Source of the DNA: Fistulifera solaris
Taxonomy: Eukaryota
Direction: 5' to 3'
DNA: 64,000 nt
Assembly: GCA_030295235.1 (NCBI GenBank)
Contig: AP026162.1
Location: 1,178,001 to 1,242,000 of the forward strand
Positions 11,814-24,699 of this stretch are shown one piece after another. The notes below the pieces were generated by a model. That model saw only the letters and a program-made list of their open reading frames with translations, searched no databases and had not been told where the DNA came from. Numbering within the stretch: position 1 is the first letter of the stretch; each line of letters opens with the position of its first letter. Both the position numbers and the translations under genes were made by a program.

Positions 11814-13467
11814 ATGATGCTCGCGGGACGAATCGTGTGCATTCTAGCTGCCGCAACTTCCTATTCGGCCGCCTTTTCGGTGAACCGTTCGTACCGACCG
11901 TCCTCTCCCATGAAATTATACGCCTCGGCAAACTCGTTGGTGGTTATTTCTCCTCCGGGAGGCGTCGGTGAAGTATCCGCCGTGAAAGCTGCAGAAATGG
12001 GGGCGTCTGTTCGATGGTTTGTTGTTTCACAAACTGGCACAAAGGATGTTGTACTGTCAAAAGAATCACTCGACAATATCGCAGCAGCCGGAGGAGCCGT
12101 CGAATTGGCAGGGGCAGAAGCTTCTACTTTATTGTTGCCATCGGATGACCCTGCTTCAGCTGTTAAAGCTGTTTCGGCATGGTGTGGCTCGGCGCAGTCT
12201 ATCATTTGCACATTCGATGGCATGGCAGACGCGAGTTTGAAAGTTCAGAATCAAGATATTGTCAAAGTATGGGAGAATGCGATCAAAGTGGCAGCTCAAG
12301 AAGCTCAAAAGGGAGTATCAGGTACAAAGCTAACAATTTTGGACGCGATCGAAGACGAAGAAGACAAGAACAAGTCGGGAGGATTAGATGGACTCGTTAC
12401 TAGCCTTCTTGGTGGTGCAACACAAGTGCCTTCGACTCTGGGAGAGGCCTTGGCCGGCGGCCCGGTCGCTGTGACCAAACTTCGTCACGGACAGCTATTT
12501 GGGACTCCAGAGTCATCACCTGATTTTTCTCCGCTGGTTGGAGGGCCTCGAAAGAATCCAGAGCTTTGTGAAGAGTACACAATGAGAGCTGTGCGTGTCG
12601 ACCCGACACTCTCGGTATCTGGAAACGTTATGATGGGAAGTACCACTCGATCATCTCGGCACGCAGTAGGTGAGGCTGCTGCACTCATGGCACTCAAAAA
12701 GGTTTCATTCAAGGATGGTATTGATGTATGCGTTTCTTCTCTTCGTGGATCGGACAAGCCTACAATAGAGTTGTGGAACGAAGATTTCGCTCGCCTCGAA
12801 AAGGCACTCTCCACAGGTAGTGCAGCGAAGCTTTTGAAGCCGAATTTAGTTCCGTCTCGAATGTTGAACGATTGGCTGACTGGTTGGCGACTAAATGGGC
12901 CCCAGCCGTGCTCCGAACCTACGATATCGCAACAATCCGATCAGGCGCTCGTCCGGTTTATGCCAGGCGCTCGGCTGACGCTTCTGTCGACATTGTCTGG
13001 CAACAACTTGTCAATTATGAGTCGGTGACTGTGGGTACCATGACGATTCACGTTACTTCAAAGGGATTGACGGCTGTCCGAGGACCTGGAGATGCATCCA
13101 AAGGATTTGGGAATATCAGCAAAAAGCCTTTGTCGGGCGAAGACGTGTTGGTGCGGCGCCTTGCGGATGCTGCATCCCAAGCAGTAGAGAAAGGCTTGGC
13201 GACAAAGGTGAGTCAAAACATTTGCGTTTCTGAACGTGTCTCGTAAACACGTCTCAACGTTATGTCTCTATTCCTACTTCAGCTAAAGATAGAAAGAAAG
13301 CGGCTCCTGAACCGGCGAAAGAAGCTACCGTCGCCGTTACTTCTGTTAAGGCGGCAGGAACAGTTGAAAAAGAAACATCAAGCGATGCTGGTCCAAGACA
13401 GGCTGGTGCTAGAAGGTCGGCGGAACGAGCCCGTGGAAGTCGAGCTAATACAGATAAAAGCGAATAG
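11814..13467 (+). CDS. Probable plastid-targeted protein with a divergent NAD(P)-binding Rossmann-like N-terminus
   Basis: Signal peptide ending SAA-FSV; LVVISPPGGVGEVSA Gly-rich loop; frameshift at ~12832; intron 13208-13282. The 3' end is approximate. Confidence 0.7.
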
Positions 13468-13534
13468 CTGAACACCATTGATCTCTTTCTCGTCTCTTTA
13501 TTTTAAATTGTTATCGCACATGTTGATTATCTGT

Positions 13535-14370
13535 TTACTGTTTGGAGGTGAGCATTAACATGTCATCTAGGAGCCCTTGGTGGTGAATCTGATCTAATAT
13601 TGAGCCCCACGAAGATCCATCGGGGTAGGAGAGGACCAAACGTCTTGGCGTGTCCTCAGTGTCAGTATCGTCGCTAGAAAAGTGTCGAATATCAACATTC
13701 AATTGCTGGTCGGTAGGAACAGTAACATTTGACAGTCGAACCGGCCACTCGATCAATGATACACATTCACGAAAAACTACGTCCAGATTCAATGGAGCAA
13801 AGTCCTCCGGATGATCGCCGAGTCGATAGAGATCCATATGATGGATTCTGATTACGCAAAGCTCAGTGAGAAAATGGTCAAATACACAGGCACCTGAATT
13901 AATCAATCAACAACGTACTCAATATCCGATTCGACATTGTTTTCATCCACTTTTCTTGCCCGGTATGTATTCGAGAGCAGAAAAGTGGGAGAAGTCACGC
14001 GAAGGTTCCAGTCACCTGTAGCACCACGAACAAATCCCCTAGCAAAACTAGTTTTCCCAGCGCCCAAACTTCCCTCGAGAAGAATGATGGCACCTTCGGG
14101 ACGCTCCGTGTCAAGCAGTAGAGAAGCTAAAATCCCTCCAACGTCTTCCATATCCTCTGCCGTTGGGACGGAAAGGATCGTTTCATTAGAATAATTTTGG
14201 AGATCTCTTTGAGTTGTCAATGAACAACGCAATGATTGCCGCCACGTTGATTTTCCAGCGTATTGAGAGACGACCGGCAAATGGAAAGCTCGCGTGAAAG
14301 CGGCAGTAAAGTACATCGCGAACGTCAACAAAACAAGGGGGAGACATGAAAGCGAATCAATAAGATCCAT
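13535..14370 (-). CDS. tsaE: tRNA threonylcarbamoyladenosine biosynthesis ATPase TsaE (YjeE)
   Basis: Walker A LEGSLGAGKTSFARG, VTSPTF, HMDLYRL and LIEWP; GT-AG intron 13848-13918; N-terminal extension. The start codon is uncertain. Confidence 0.9.
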
Positions 14371-14984
14371 CGTCGATTCCGGGCGAAAGACTTGTCGAAG
14401 GTAAGTTATTGATGAGCAATGATATAGCGGCACTCTAAATCTTGTTGTATCCTACCAGAATTTGTCTATTTTTGTTTGCCGATCGAAGAATGGACGACTG
14501 CGAACTGCGAGCGATTGTTATTTCTCCGAGTTGAGCTCGTGAACGAAAGGCATACCAGTACCGGGTACCGGTAGGTGGGATTGCTTAGCAATTTGAAAAA
14601 ACGCATGCCAGAAGAGTTACTTAGTCAACGGAACCTTTTCTTGTTGTAGGTTATTCTGTAGATAGCGAGGTCATTGGTCACTTAGTGAACCGGGCTACTC
14701 TTTTACATATATAGGCAAATTGTCAGAAAGAGGTGCCTTCAGCGTCTTCCGAGGTGCACATCATGCATGGCATAATGACAATGAAGTGGATGATCATAGA
14801 TCATAACAAGTATTAAGGTCTAATATTCAGAAACAAATCCTTTGGTTGAAACAGTTCTGTCCTTTTGATCGAATAAGAATTCGCTTGCAAGGAACTCTGC
14901 AGGATAACTATCGTAAGTCACTAGAAGCACGTGAGAAAAATGACGGCAACGTTATCTAATTTCGGATATTTTTTCAGGCCGACA

Positions 14985-17900
14985 ATGGACAAAAACTCCG
15001 CAATTCGTCAGCGTATGAAAGAGAGCCAAAGCAAGACTGTTCCTCAGTCGCTCGTTAGTGCCGAGAAGGAAAACGTCCCCAAAGCGCAATCTTCGTCGCA
15101 TGAAACGACTTCTCCGTTTGTGTCTTGTTATGCCAGCGGCGTCGATGAGAGTAGCTTTCACACCGCCGACGGAAAGAGTATCTTATCGAATCTGATGTCT
15201 CCAGTTTCAGGAAACAACAACGAAAGTCAGAATCAATCCTACTGGGCGATGGTCGGGCAATACAGCCTTGTTCATTCGAACAACAAGGAGAGTAGCAACC
15301 ACCAGATTATGAATGATTCCTTGATCAGCATGTCGCCTGCCGATAAATCGTCTCGCACTTGGTCGTGGCAATCGTCTCTCCTCCCGGATACGTCTATTAG
15401 TCCCATCAAATCAATGACGCCCCAGAAAACAGGCACGCCTGCTCTATCCGAAGACCCCACGAGATATCTGGAGGAATGGGAAAACGAAGCAGTATCTGAT
15501 CCGCAAGCGATCGTGGAGGTTGTTTCAAACAGTCAAGATGACTCGGATGTCGTATCCGATGCACTCAATGTTTCGGACGTGCTCTCGCCTGTCTCGGGTC
15601 CGACGCTTCTGGCGACCAAACAGTATTTGGAGAAAATTCAAAAACTCGAACTGGAACTCAGAGCTACGAAACGAAAAGTCGACGAGGAAATGTTGCGTCG
15701 AAACAAGATCGAACCAGGAGAGCTCGACCTCAGTCAATCGCTGGACAATGCGGCTTCGTCGAGCCACCAGCGACTTGTGGATCGTAACAAAACATTGGCC
15801 AAAGAAGTCCGCTTCGCAGATCAGACTTGTGTCGAACTATCGGGGAAAAATTCTGCTTTGGAAAGAGAAATCGCAGTACTACGCGAGCAACTGGATCATC
15901 TCCGTTGTCGAAATGACGCTCTTCAAGAGAAGACAGCTGAGTCACAGGCTCAATCACAACAGCTTCAGCAAAAGGTGGCTGACCTGGAATCTATTTGCTC
16001 AAAAAATGAACTTGAAGTGGCTCGCCTCAAGGACGAGAAAGAGAAGACGAACGAGGATTTGAACAAAGCGAAGGCAGATGCAGCTAGCTGGGAGTTTCAG
16101 TGCCAGTTCGTTAAAGACCAGCTCAATGAACGAAACGAGAATGCCGGTGTTCATACAAATCATCGCGCTGAGTCACAGGCGCAGTTGGCGATTGTTACTG
16201 AGGAAAGGAACGCGCTCCGAGCTAGTGCACAGCAGGTAGAAAAATATGTTGCTGACCTCGAGGGGGAACGAAATCAGCTACAGCGAGAGAAGCTGGAATT
16301 GACGACAATGAAGGAAGTACATTGTGCTGAAATCGATTCGTTGACCACTCTTCTTACGTCGACACGTGAACAGCTCGGCACAGCACAGAACGAGACTTCT
16401 GATGCAAGAAAGCAAGTCGAACGTCTAAGCAAGGAACTTGCTTTACGCGAAACCCAACACAATAAGCGATTGGCCGAATACGATACCGAACTTTCCCGTT
16501 TGCAAATGAACGCATCGTCGAAAGAGCAATCAATGGAGCAACAAAAGAATGAAGTCAGAAGTTATCAAGAGCAGATCCGGCTTCGAAATGAAGAGTTTGC
16601 GCAGTTGGAAACGCACATCACTAAAGTTCTCGAAGAAAAGAGAGACGTTGAGCTATTACTGGAGGAATCTCGCAGCGTCGTCGCGCGCCAAGAGAGTCAG
16701 TTGGCTGTCGCCCGCGATTCGCTCGAACAAAACGAGCGCAAACTGAAGAAAGTGGTCGATTTGCTTGCCAAGGCCGATCAGCGAGCCGACGAAGCACTGA
16801 GAAAGTTAATGGAAGGTGTGAAGAACGTTTTCGACAAAACGGACAGAATGGAAGCAGTGTTTGGAAACCAGGCTTCACAGCTTCATGACAGACTATGCAA
16901 CTTAAATATGCTGCTCAAGTTCATCAGCAACGCCATTGATTTCGACAACGAATCTTCTGTTGCATCTCATCTTTCACGAGGAAAGGAGAATGAGTTTGAG
17001 ATGGGGGATGTTTCAAGATCGCTTGCATTGAACGCGACTTTGAACTTGGAGAAAATGGAAGAGGCGAGGACATCGTTTTATGTTCAGCATGCCATGAGTG
17101 CGGATATAGTCGAATCTCCCTGTCTATCAACCGGTGAAAGAGCCGAATTATCGAGTATTCACGACGCTTCCCAGTTCTTTTCTGACGGAGCTAGCAAGTC
17201 GTCTTCTGAGGAGGAGCTTCAATTAGAGAAGAATGCACCATCTTGTTTACCCGTCACTCCCAGCGTCAAAGAAATAAAAGGTTCGGACCGCTTTCAAATC
17301 AAATCTTTCTTTGACAATGAAACCGATCTTTTCCCCGGCGAATTGCATGATCTGCGCATAAAAATGCAAAAATATAGGGATGAGCGCAACTCCCTTCTCG
17401 AAAAGCACGAGCTTCTAGGCAAGGAGAAGGCTGCGTTAGAAGCCACGCTGGAAACAAGAACCCGCGAGCTTAATTTCGAGCTCAAGCACAGTACTAGCCT
17501 CACGCAGGTTGTTGATGACTTGACAAGAAAACAAAAGGATGCTGATGAATACGTGACGAAGGTGAAACAAGAAAAAGAAGAAATAGCCCAAAAGCTTCAG
17601 ATGGTCGAAGACGAGCTACTCATGGAACAAGAGAGAATCACTGACTTGGTCAAAGATGTCCACAAGTTATTACAACGCCAAGGCGAGTCGTCGCACTATT
17701 CAGCCGAACTCCAAGAAATTCTTTTGCTCACTGAGGCAGAGAAGAAGAAGTACAAGAAGTCAATGAGCTTATTCTATAAACAGACAGCTCAAGCTGTCAA
17801 CACGATTCATGAGCTTGAGCATCGAATTCAAGAGGGTGATAATGCCTCAGGCAATATGGAGACCTATAGAACAAGGCTGATCTTGCTCGATTCGCGGCTT

Positions 17901-19527
17901 CGTGAGACAGAAGCAAAACTTCATCTATCAGAAGAATGTTGTTCGGCACTACGAGAACAGAACCTTAGCTACCAACAAGACTTAAATTCGTTGATGGAAG
18001 AGAAGAATGCTATTGTGCAGGATCGAAACAATTGCTTGAGTGAGTTAAGCACTCTCTCAAAGGATCTCGAAATTGTTACAAAGAATTCCAGGGAGCTAAA
18101 TTCGAGATTAGATACTTGCACGGCCAAGTTGTTGGTCAAGGATGACGAGTTACGAAAGCTTCAAGAAGAGCTGCTTCGATCCAATGCAGAGTTGGAAGAG
18201 TTCAAAGAATCTTTTTCCAAGAACAGCAGCGAGCTCTTTTGTGTCTCGCGCCGACAAACTGAAATTGAAGCGATCACAAAGCCGATGAAGGACGAGTACG
18301 AGAACAGGCTCTCCGAATCGCACCAAGAGTACCAGGAGGAGATCGAGCGTCTAGTCAGTGAAAAGAATTTGCTGATCAATGAATCTTCAGACCTTAAGGC
18401 GCAACTGAACCAGCAAGAAATCAAGCGTGGCGAAGTGGAGTTACGATTGGACCAAGTCTCGAAAGATCTTGAATATGCAAAGAAGGAACTAGCTGAACGT
18501 GACGTGGAATTGCAAAGCACGAAAGTTTCGCTGGATGAAGCGACCACATGCGTGATGGGACTGAAATCATCTTTTTTGGCATGCAACGAGAGACTTGCGA
18601 GTCTTACGGCTGCGCACACTGAGAGCGTTGTTGAGTTGGAACGATACAGGAATCTTCTCGAATCCGCTGATGATTTGGAATCTGCTGCGACGGCTCGTTT
18701 TCTCGATGCACAAAGTAAGCTTGAGCAAGTCCAGGAAGAGCGTGACTCTCTTCAGCTAGAGTACCAGGCCATGGTTGAAAAGCTACGAGATATTGAGGAG
18801 TATTACACAAAGCTTGAAGCGACTGCATCAAAGAAAAGCGAGAAAGAGGAGAAAAAACGTATTCAAGAGATTAAACGGCTGCAAGAAGTCCTCGAAATCA
18901 CTCGAGCAGAACTTGAAAGTCGTGATGCCCGTATTAAACAGCTTGTGCAAGAAGTTCGAAATTTGGAATCCACTTTGTCGACAATGAAGACAAAACAGGT
19001 CGAGGCTGATAGCACGGCCAAAAAACTGTGTGCTGCGTCTAAAGAGCTAGCAACCATCAAAGACGAATTGGATATTGTGCGAAGAGATGCGAGCGATAAG
19101 AGTCGACAATTGCAAGATTTCGCTGGGATCAAGGCTTCCTTGGAACTCAAAGTTCGCCGTCTCCGCGACCACATTCGAGAACAAGGAAAGAAAATCATTC
19201 GCTGGGAAGAATTTCACGAAAAAAGGATGCAATTTCTGGACAAAATCAGAGAATCAAACATGAGGACACGTGAAAGTGCAGCGAAATTAGCGCAGTTCTA
19301 TTCGGAAAGAGATCAGGTAAGTCTTGATGAATGAATCGCATCATCATTTGACGGGGTCACATCGTCTCATCAATTATTTTCACTTATTGTTATCAGCTAC
19401 GAGCAGTACCACGAACTCCGTGGACGACGACGGAACAAACAGATCTCAAATACCTCCATGAACAGCTTGAGACGGAACTTTTCGAGATTTCAAAGAACTG
19501 GCGCACGTCGTGCCACAATTTGCGTAG
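14985..19527 (+). CDS. Very large coiled-coil protein (~1500 aa), family not recognised
   Basis: 1467-aa ORF with an S/P-rich N-terminus and long E/K/L heptad stretches; intron 19317-19396. Both ends are approximate. Confidence 0.8.
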
Positions 19528-20369
19528 ATCCAAAAATAAGATAACATTAATTATTGAGATAGTCTTGAACTACTTTGACTGCTTTATTCCACGATTTTGT
19601 GAAGCGTAGGTCCTCTGATTGTAGCTACAACGGAAGAATTAGAGCCTCGCAAATTTCAATATCATTCGTCGCGCAAACTCCTGCAACGCCCGGCCGACGT
19701 ACCTGCTTTGTACTGCCACGCGATGATCGTATCTGTTCAGCAAGAACTTTCAACTGCCTCTCCCCAAATTCTTTATCAACGACATTATTTTAGATGAGAG
19801 CAAGTCCAGTTCGTTGAGCCATTAACATCATTTACTAGTTCATACCTCTAAAAGCCCATTTTTCCGACAATCTTGTTCTATGCGATATCTGTTCGTCCAC
19901 CATGAGGAACGATACTCCGGCAACGAGCGAACCCACAAAAAACGAAGGGATATGCATTTCTGTAAGTTGAAGATGAATAAACGATATGAAAGTATTTAAC
20001 ACCTTGTTACTTGCTAAATAATGCGACGATGGCGATCAATAAGGTCGCGATCCATCCTCACATCAAAAAAAAGTTCACTTAAGTTAAGCCTAACCCTAAC
20101 TGAGCAAATACCTTTGCAAATTTTAACGGATTGTATTACCAGAAAGATTGCGTTGCGACGACGTATAGCTAAATAGTCAGTACCGTAACAATAGTATAGT
20201 CAAAGGTGTAGGCGGAAAGCGGAAAATGTTGCGGTCGCATTTGTTTTCGTTGCATGTCAAAACAGACTCGACGATGACCTAGCTAGACACTATTCTCACT
20301 TGACCTTTCCTTTCCATTGTAAACCTAATAAGTCTCTTATCAATGCCTGCCGAAGTATAGTCAGATGAG

Positions 20370-21094
20370 ATGAAAGAAACTGCTCTTGTTCATAGGAAGA
20401 TCGCCATTCTCGGCTTCCGCGCTGTGGGGAAATCAAGTCTGACAAGTGCGTTCGTCACTGGTGTTTTCTCAGAATCGTACGATCCAACAATAGAAAGTAC
20501 ACAACATAAAACAATAAGATTTCGAAAAGTCCACTTTGCGACTGATATAGTCGATACTGCAGGGATGGTGAGTGCTTCCGAGGAAAGTCTCTGTTTCTTC
20601 ACCTTTTATTTCTGCTAAACGGCTGGACACTTATACTTCCTTCTTTTAAGGACGAGTATTCACGACTCTCTCGGAACGCATCCCTGGGCGTCCACGGCTA
20701 TGCGTTGGTATTCAGCGTTGCATCGCGGCGGTCTTTCGACATCATTGGCCAAGTCAATGAGTCTCTACTGAACATGCTGGGCGATGCACCGGACGTCCCC
20801 CGAGTGCTGGTTGGTTGCATGAAGGATTTGACAGATCAACGTCAGGTGTCGCACATGGTAAGCGGATGGAATTGGATGCGTTTTTCTTTACTTTAACGAA
20901 CCAACTGAGACCTCAACGCGCCGTTCTCCAAGGACGCTCAAAAACTCGCGGATTCTCTAGGTATACCGTACGTGGAATGTTCGAGTAAAACTGGCGAGAA
21001 TGTCGCCGACGTCTTTCATACACTCATAAAAGAAATCGAAAAAGATGATGGACTCCTAGCAGACGCGGGAAATGAAGGATGTGACATTTTGTAG
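20370..21094 (+). CDS. RHEB: Rheb-like Ras-family small GTPase
   Basis: G1 GFRAVGKSS (Rheb-type Arg), YDPTIE, DTAGMDEYS, ECSSK and C-terminal CaaX CDIL; introns 20568-20650 and 20858-20932. Confidence 0.88.
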
Positions 21095-21557
21095 CAAAGA
21101 GCAATCAAAGGTCGACTGTATATTGTACAAATGCGCGATTTCATACTTGTATGATTGGATAGAGAGAATGAATAATGATATCATAAATAGAGAGCCTTGG
21201 TGGAAATTGATGGCATTTACTACCTTGTAGCTTGTGTTTCGAAATCACCCCTTCTCGACGGTCTGGCATTAGCGACCATGACTGCGGTAAGTCGCGCTTG
21301 AGGTACGAGTCGCGGATCGGATGAAAAGCTATATTTGAAAAATAACAATTAAGTCTTACAGGTTATTCAAGGTATACCTGTGTAAAGTACTGATACAAGT
21401 AATTATTCGCTTTTCCTCCTCGATGACCACTTTTACACGTATTACGAAAAAGGCGAATGTTTTGAGAGATGGCGAGTATCTTGCGATCCGACAAAGCGCC
21501 GTAGTTTTGCGTCTATTGATTCATCGAGCCCGTCAAAAGCCCTTCAACAACCTGTCA

Positions 21558-23432
21558 ATGAACACTGTAAAAATCTATGGGTCCACGGACGCCGATTGTG
21601 GATACTGCAAGGGCCAACGGGCAGCTATTGTCGACAAGACCAGTGAGGCCTGCTCCAAAGCCTACACGGTAGTTGCTTCAAATTTAGAACCGAGAATTTA
21701 CGAGGAACTCGTTAACAGAGGATGGAGAAGATCAGGTGTCGCTATATACAAACCAGATAACTGGAGCTCTTGCTGCCCAGCTTTGACTATCCGACTCCCT
21801 GTAAAACAGTTTTCTCCTTCACGAGGACAACGAAAAATTTTGAAAAGGATGGACAATCTGCTTTCTGGCGGCGCATCGACTCCCGACACAATCCTGGAGA
21901 ACCCAAAGTCAGCGTCTGCTAGCGTTCCTCCAAACGTAATTGATTTTCTTCAATCATCTGGCGTCCTATCGTCGCTTCAGCATTTAAGCGACTCAATCCT
22001 TTCTAAAATTCTTCTTCAGCACTGGCCTAATGTCAATTCGCATGGTGCTTTTCCACCGTTAAAGGTTCTTTGTAAGGAAGGAAATCGTAAAGGAAATCAG
22101 GACAAGATAAGGGGGAATCTTTCTCGCGTCACATTAATGTCGACAGTCTGCGCAATGATTGCAGGAAAGTCAAAAGGCGCAGTAGATCGTGACGCCCTGT
22201 CAGAAGCATTTGTTGTTGCTATGAACGAGTATTGTAAAGGGTTTCCTTTCTTTCCCTTGAAAGAAAAGATTGACGGGATCGACATAGCTTCGTTCAAAAG
22301 ACATCGCGTCGACGCTGCGGACGCAATTTCTGTTCTTAGTCTTGATCGACACGCGTCTTCTGGGCAACTGTTTTTCGAGCTTTCAATCCCAGATTTCCTT
22401 ATCTCAACGCAAGGAGACGCACAAGCATGCCCAGGAGAAACACAGGATGCGGATATGAAATCTCCACGAGAGGATAAAGTTGCTAGTTGGTGGCGTCGGG
22501 CCTATCCTCAGATATCATTACCGGTCTCACGGCCATTTCACTTATCCGTAACATCACTTCGAGCACATGAGTCGGCTTTAGATCCCGATGTTCATCGTCT
22601 ATATTGGAAGTATCAAGTAAAAGTGCACGGAGATACCGATCCTTTCGTCGACACGAACCAACTACCCAGTGCTTCTTCCGAATGGGCGACACGAGCTCCC
22701 TCTGGGTGGCGGGCAAAAGCAGATTCGGTCTTAGAATCGGAGTACTCACATTTACCTAGCGAACGCTATGAGCGCTTACGATCCAATTTTCGTTCGTTCT
22801 ACGAATTCTTGGTGGAAAATCCTTTCGTAAATAACAGCGAAAATGGCGGTGATACCGTTGAACAACAACTAGGGACTATTCACCAGCATTATAGACTAGC
22901 GAACGGATTGCTGATTGCTGTTGGAGTTGTTGATGTATTGCCACAGGGGCTCTCCTCAGTCTATCTTTTCTACGATCCAAGTTTCTCTGATGAACTTGTT
23001 CCTCTTGGGAAATATTCCATTCTCAAAGAAATTGAATGGACACAGAGTTCGGGATTGCCGTACTATTACCTAGGCTACTATATCGAAAGTTGCCAGAAGA
23101 TGAGATACAAAGCCGAATACAAACCAAGTCAATTGCTCTGTCCAACCACTTACGAATGGGCTGACGCTGACGAAGCAGTTTTAAAGTTGCAACGAGAAAG
23201 TCCCATCAAACACTGTTGTACTCTGTCAGACCAGCCTCTGGGTTATGCACCAGATGTTGACGTAGATGCATCCTTGACTCAAATTCAGATGGATATCGGC
23301 CAGGATAGCCCAATAACAATCGATATGCTGACTCCCGAAGGACAGGACATTGTCAAACCAATTCTACTAGAGTTCTTATCGGAAGCGAGTCCTCGAATAG
23401 CTATTCAATGCACGATTGATCTCAGGCCTTAG
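21558..23432 (+). CDS. ATE1: Arginyl-tRNA--protein transferase
   Basis: Motifs CGYCK, YEELVNRGWRRSG..IYKP..CC, HQHY, VGVVDVLPQGLSSVY, YYYLGYYIESCQKMRYKAEY. The ORF is open from 21423; ATG 21558 is the likelier start. Confidence 0.95.
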   Translation: MNTVKIYGSTDADCGYCKGQRAAIVDKTSEACSKAYTVVASNLEPRIYEELVNRGWRRSGVAIYKPDNWSSCCPALTIRLPVKQFSPSRGQRKILKRMDNLLSGGASTPDTILENPKSASASVPPNVIDFLQSSGVLSSLQHLSDSILSKILLQHWPNVNSHGAFPPLKVLCKEGNRKGNQDKIRGNLSRVTLMSTVCAMIAGKSKGAVDRDALSEAFVVAMNEYCKGFPFFPLKEKIDGIDIASFKRHRVDAADAISVLSLDRHASSGQLFFELSIPDFLISTQGDAQACPGETQDADMKSPREDKVASWWRRAYPQISLPVSRPFHLSVTSLRAHESALDPDVHRLYWKYQVKVHGDTDPFVDTNQLPSASSEWATRAPSGWRAKADSVLESEYSHLPSERYERLRSNFRSFYEFLVENPFVNNSENGGDTVEQQLGTIHQHYRLANGLLIAVGVVDVLPQGLSSVYLFYDPSFSDELVPLGKYSILKEIEWTQSSGLPYYYLGYYIESCQKMRYKAEYKPSQLLCPTTYEWADADEAVLKLQRESPIKHCCTLSDQPLGYAPDVDVDASLTQIQMDIGQDSPITIDMLTPEGQDIVKPILLEFLSEASPRIAIQCTIDLRP

Positions 23433-23480
23433 ACCGATGCCTGCGTCTTGCACTGCAATGAAACTCCTACAAACTTTACT

Positions 23481-24257
23481 TCATACTTCTAATATAGATA
23501 GAATTTGATCCAGATATTTCACAGCATCGGCGATTGCACGTTTTGTTTCTGCTAGCTGGTTGTTCGATTCTAAGACCCTATTCACATTATCCTTGTCAAA
23601 GTTGTTGACTGCCGTGAAATCAGCTACCCCAGCCGTATAACTCAATGAATCGGCCTTTGAAAGTGCCTGCTGAAGATTTTCCGACGCCTGAATGAATTCG
23701 TCCAACCGATCCGGATCATCCAGTAGCTCGATTGCTTTCCGAAGATTCTTGTCAAGTCCAACCAGTGGACCAACTCCCGTGCGTCCTAGGTAGTCTCGAA
23801 TCTTTTTATTCGATGTTTTACACGTGATCACTGACACGGATTTGTCAAAAAGAGCATACGTGCTAGCCTTTTCCAGAAGAAGTTCTTTGTTCTTTTGTTC
23901 CAGTAAATCGCGTGGAACATCGGCATACGTACAATCAACGACGGATGTCTCCCACTTGTCCAGTAAGTTCTGCAATACCTTTCTGGCGTCTGCTATCGGC
24001 TTTATTAAGGCGGTTCGAGGATCGGTTGCACTTGCAGGCGTGGCCATCAATGTATTCGCAAGGATGCCCCCAGAAGTGTAAATGACTGTTTGCAGCCACG
24101 AACGCCGATCAGTTGGCACGTACACGGAAGCTTGGTTGAGTGTGTGGTCAAAAGCATGACTTTTCGGAAGACGCCGATCGGTTGATCGATTCGTCAATGA
24201 GTCACCGCAATAAAGGAAAAGATACCCAACTAAAGTTTTTATTAACTTCTTCATTTT
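23481..24257 (-). CDS. Uncharacterised, probably plastid (thylakoid-lumen-like) helical protein
   Basis: Intronless ORF; hydrophobic N-terminus followed by a twin-Arg DRRSWL..hydrophobic..PASA Tat-like signal. The start is uncertain. Confidence 0.7.
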   Translation of the reverse strand, partial: KMKKLIKTLVGYLFLYCGDSLTNRSTDRRLPKSHAFDHTLNQASVYVPTDRRSWLQTVIYTSGGILANTLMATPASATDPRTALIKPIADARKVLQNLLDKWETSVVDCTYADVPRDLLEQKNKELLLEKASTYALFDKSVSVITCKTSNKKIRDYLGRTGVGPLVGLDKNLRKAIELLDDPDRLDEFIQASENLQQALSKADSLSYTAGVADFTAVNNFDKDNVNRVLESNNQLAETKRAIADAVKYLDQILSILEV

Positions 24258-24345
24258 AGGTAATACAGCATTGTTGTGGCAGTTTTTTGGGTAATAGCAC
24301 TTCACGGAACGGTTATTGCTATGATCTTGCGAAAAAACACATCAC

Positions 24346-24531
24346 TTTTCCAGAATTCCTGGAAAATACACTCGCATTCCAGAATTTCTGGAAATCACAC
24401 AGAATTTCTGTATATCCATCCGACAGCATTCTTTCCTAGGTTTATGGAAAGAACAAAAGATTTTCTGAAAGATAGAAGACACTACCTCTACTAATCTAGA
24501 ATATCTGGAAGTCTCACAGAATTCCTGTATA
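24346..24531. repeat. Cluster of five related imperfect palindromes CAGAATT(T/C)CTG, including a ~37-bp direct repeat
   Basis: Palindromes at 24346-24366, 24377-24393, 24399-24411, 24495-24509 and 24516-24528. Confidence 0.8.
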
Positions 24532-24699
24532 ATGCGAGGTTTTGAGAATGTGAACCGTCGGCAAAACATAGGCTCTATTCTCACCGCACGTTCGCCAGTC
24601 AATACTACTTTTAGTCTCATCTACGACTCGTAAATTTCCACCAGCTAAGTTACGAAGCAAACTAGTGAATCATTTTATAATAACAATAACACCTAACAC

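Noticed and set aside
20088..20100. CCTAACCCTAAC telomere-like sequence
   Set aside because: Only two units, compatible with chance.
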